Origin: Entomortierella parvispora E1425
Taxonomy: Eukaryota > Fungi > Mortierellomycota
Length of the DNA stretch: 64,000 bases
Assembly (NCBI GenBank): GCA_020891255.1
Contig: BQFW01000012.1
Location: 1,674,001 to 1,738,000, forward strand
Direction: 5' to 3'
Below the pieces are notes generated by a model. It searched no databases. It was not told the DNA's origin and worked only from the letters and a program-made list of their open reading frames with translations. Every line of letters starts with the position of its first letter. Position 1 is the stretch's first letter. This document shows, in pieces, positions 62,200 to 64,000 of the stretch. A program made the translations under genes and the position numbers.

Positions 62200-64000
62200 A
62201 TGCTGTCAGGCACCGAGAGCAAGGCAAACTCTCCTTCTCAACCACACTCGACAATCCTCGGCTCCTCTTCCTCCTCTCTCTCTTCCTCGACTTCAATTAC
62301 GTCCCGCCGTCTCTCTTCACCCCGGACGCGTCATCTCCGGCGTGCTCTTCTCAGTCTTGGTGTCCTCCTCTCAACCCCCGCTCAGTTTCGGACAGCAGTC
62401 CTAACCGAGGCAGTAACATGTTTAAGCCCGAATCCTGATGACACTGCCAAAGCCGGGCAATCACTGGACTTGAGCTGGACCGTTTCGGACCTGGACACGT
62501 ATATGTTCGACAGTCTTACTGCCACTCTTCTCTGCCTGGATGTTGGATCAGACCAATGGAGGGAGATTTCGACCCTGTTCCAGAACCAAGGCCTCCTTTT
62601 CAACCTGGGCATGTACTCTTTCAAGCTACCCAACTGTGGCCCCACCGCCGACACGGGGGCAGTCCGGATCACAGCCGAGGGCTTCTCGGGAAGTCTTCAA
62701 GAGGATTCGTCTTGTGTTTTCAATATTCAACAAGCCGCAACCTCCTTCCCACCCCTGCAGCCACCAAATCCACCTGTTCCATCCACAGGGGCCACATCAA
62801 TAATTTCACCGCAAATTGCTACCGTTCCGCCTAGCTCCCAATCCACTTCTTCTTCAAGCACATCTTTCACGTCCACGCCACAATCGACTGGAGCTTCAGC
62901 ACTACCCTCGCCTTCATCCAGCTCAGGCTCCGAATTGGGATCTGGTGAAAGCAGTTCACCTTCTGTTGGGCCTTCCGCTCATCCAACCTTCGTGCCACCG
63001 GTGCCCGCCGGTGGAAATGATGGTGGAAATGGGGAGGGTCACCGTGGAGGCGTGGAAGGTTTAAGCGATGGTAAAGACAAGACCCTTGGCGCTACCTTGG
63101 GATCCATTGGCATGGCAGCATGTCTTGCGGCTGTTGTTGTTTCTCTCCTAGTGATTCGACGCCGTCGAAGACGTCGAATTGAGGGTGGAGAGAACACCTT
63201 GGCTCGATCTATGGGCCTTGGTGGCGCAGAAGGCGGTGTCATGAAGGAGGCCAAGCGCCGGATACGACTTCAGCGTCGCCCCACAGAGGGGTACTTTTTC
63301 CAGATGGAGGACGAAGATGAGGATGCAACAGAGTTTAACGAAAAGGACCATGTGATCATCACCAGCAGGGACATGGAGGCGTCTCGGGAAGGCACAACCT
63401 CGTCAGCAACTAGTAGAGCCGCGACATCAACGACCACCGAGGGCGCGGGGGTTCTGCAAGCTCCACTACAGCCCACGCTTCCTCCAGTTGCGCTGCTGCC
63501 CAATGTCAAGCGCCGCTCATCTGTGCCGTCCGCAGGAATGTCCTCGCACAGCTACACAATGTCAACAATGAGATCTAGTCTTGAGACGTCGTCCGTAGTC
63601 CGTGAATACTGGGCCGCATCTATGGCCGCCAGAGCAGAACGTCGGATGGCAGACGGAATTTCTTCACCTGGAATGTCGGATGGATACGGATATGAAGAAG
63701 GCTCGATCTTTGGAGACCAGAGCCGGGACTCTGACTCACGTATGGCCGACATTTTGAGCCTAAGGACTGCAGGCACAGGAGACAGTTTTAGAGGCACGAT
63801 AGGCACCATGCGCCGCCAACATAGCAGGAACACCTTCAATTCGATCCTCGATGAGTCCTCCTCGATTGGTCACTATCGGTCCTTGACCATGAGTTTCTCC
63901 AGCACTCCTGATAGTATGATGATGTCCGAGGAAGAGTTCCTGGACCACCTACACATACAGCAACTGCACCAGTTCCAGCTTCAACACGAGCAGCAATACC
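62200..64000 (+). CDS. Single-pass membrane protein with Cys-containing ectodomain, Ser/Thr-rich stalk and TM helix (Mid2/Wsc-like architecture); truncated by the window edge
   Basis: Translated by hand from the ATG at 62200 with no stop to position 64000, which is why it is absent from the ORF track. TM segment LGATLGSIGMAACLAAVVVSLLVI is followed by an RRRRRRR stop-transfer signal. Confidence 0.82.
   Translation, partial: MLSGTESKANSPSQPHSTILGSSSSSLSSSTSITSRRLSSPRTRHLRRALLSLGVLLSTPAQFRTAVLTEAVTCLSPNPDDTAKAGQSLDLSWTVSDLDTYMFDSLTATLLCLDVGSDQWREISTLFQNQGLLFNLGMYSFKLPNCGPTADTGAVRITAEGFSGSLQEDSSCVFNIQQAATSFPPLQPPNPPVPSTGATSIISPQIATVPPSSQSTSSSSTSFTSTPQSTGASALPSPSSSSGSELGSGESSSPSVGPSAHPTFVPPVPAGGNDGGNGEGHRGGVEGLSDGKDKTLGATLGSIGMAACLAAVVVSLLVIRRRRRRRIEGGENTLARSMGLGGAEGGVMKEAKRRIRLQRRPTEGYFFQMEDEDEDATEFNEKDHVIITSRDMEASREGTTSSATSRAATSTTTEGAGVLQAPLQPTLPPVALLPNVKRRSSVPSAGMSSHSYTMSTMRSSLETSSVVREYWAASMAARAERRMADGISSPGMSDGYGYEEGSIFGDQSRDSDSRMADILSLRTAGTGDSFRGTIGTMRRQHSRNTFNSILDESSSIGHYRSLTMSFSSTPDSMMMSEEEFLDHLHIQQLHQFQLQHEQQY

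Overview
Eukaryotic, intron-rich fungal DNA with GT-AG introns and polypyrimidine acceptors. Gene style suggests an early-diverging fungus, probably Mortierellaceae (inference). About 17 protein-coding genes were reconstructed by splicing the ORF fragments by eye: a YOX1-like homeobox factor, an F-box/RCC1 (SAF1-like) protein, an OFA-family MFS transporter, an SRSF11/SREK1-like SR protein, a Baeyer-Villiger-type flavin monooxygenase, an OPT transporter, mitoribosomal mS34, CBF5/dyskerin, a NAM8/NGR1-like triple-RRM protein, a CTK2/cyclin-K-like cyclin, a HEATR6-like protein, the ADP1-like ABCG transporter, a sphingomyelin-synthase-family enzyme, an F-box-like/LRR protein, RabGGTase alpha (BET4), PEX3, a KGKGK-repeat hypothetical protein, and a Ser/Thr-rich single-pass membrane protein that runs off the right edge. 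The most unusual structure is at 6.1-18.4 kb. Two identical tRNA-Arg(ACG) genes lie inside a ~570-bp direct repeat 11.4 kb apart, and a third, broken tRNA 3' end sits exactly at the left junction of the second copy. Both intact tRNAs carry retroelement DNA about 105-175 bp upstream. Copy 1 has a 5'-truncated LINE with poly(A) tail and target-site duplication; copy 2 has micro-duplications, an A11 tract with 7-bp flanking repeats, and a Ty3/Gypsy integrase fragment. This fits, but does not prove, tRNA-gene-targeted retrotransposition. No CRISPR, rRNA or prokaryotic features were seen.
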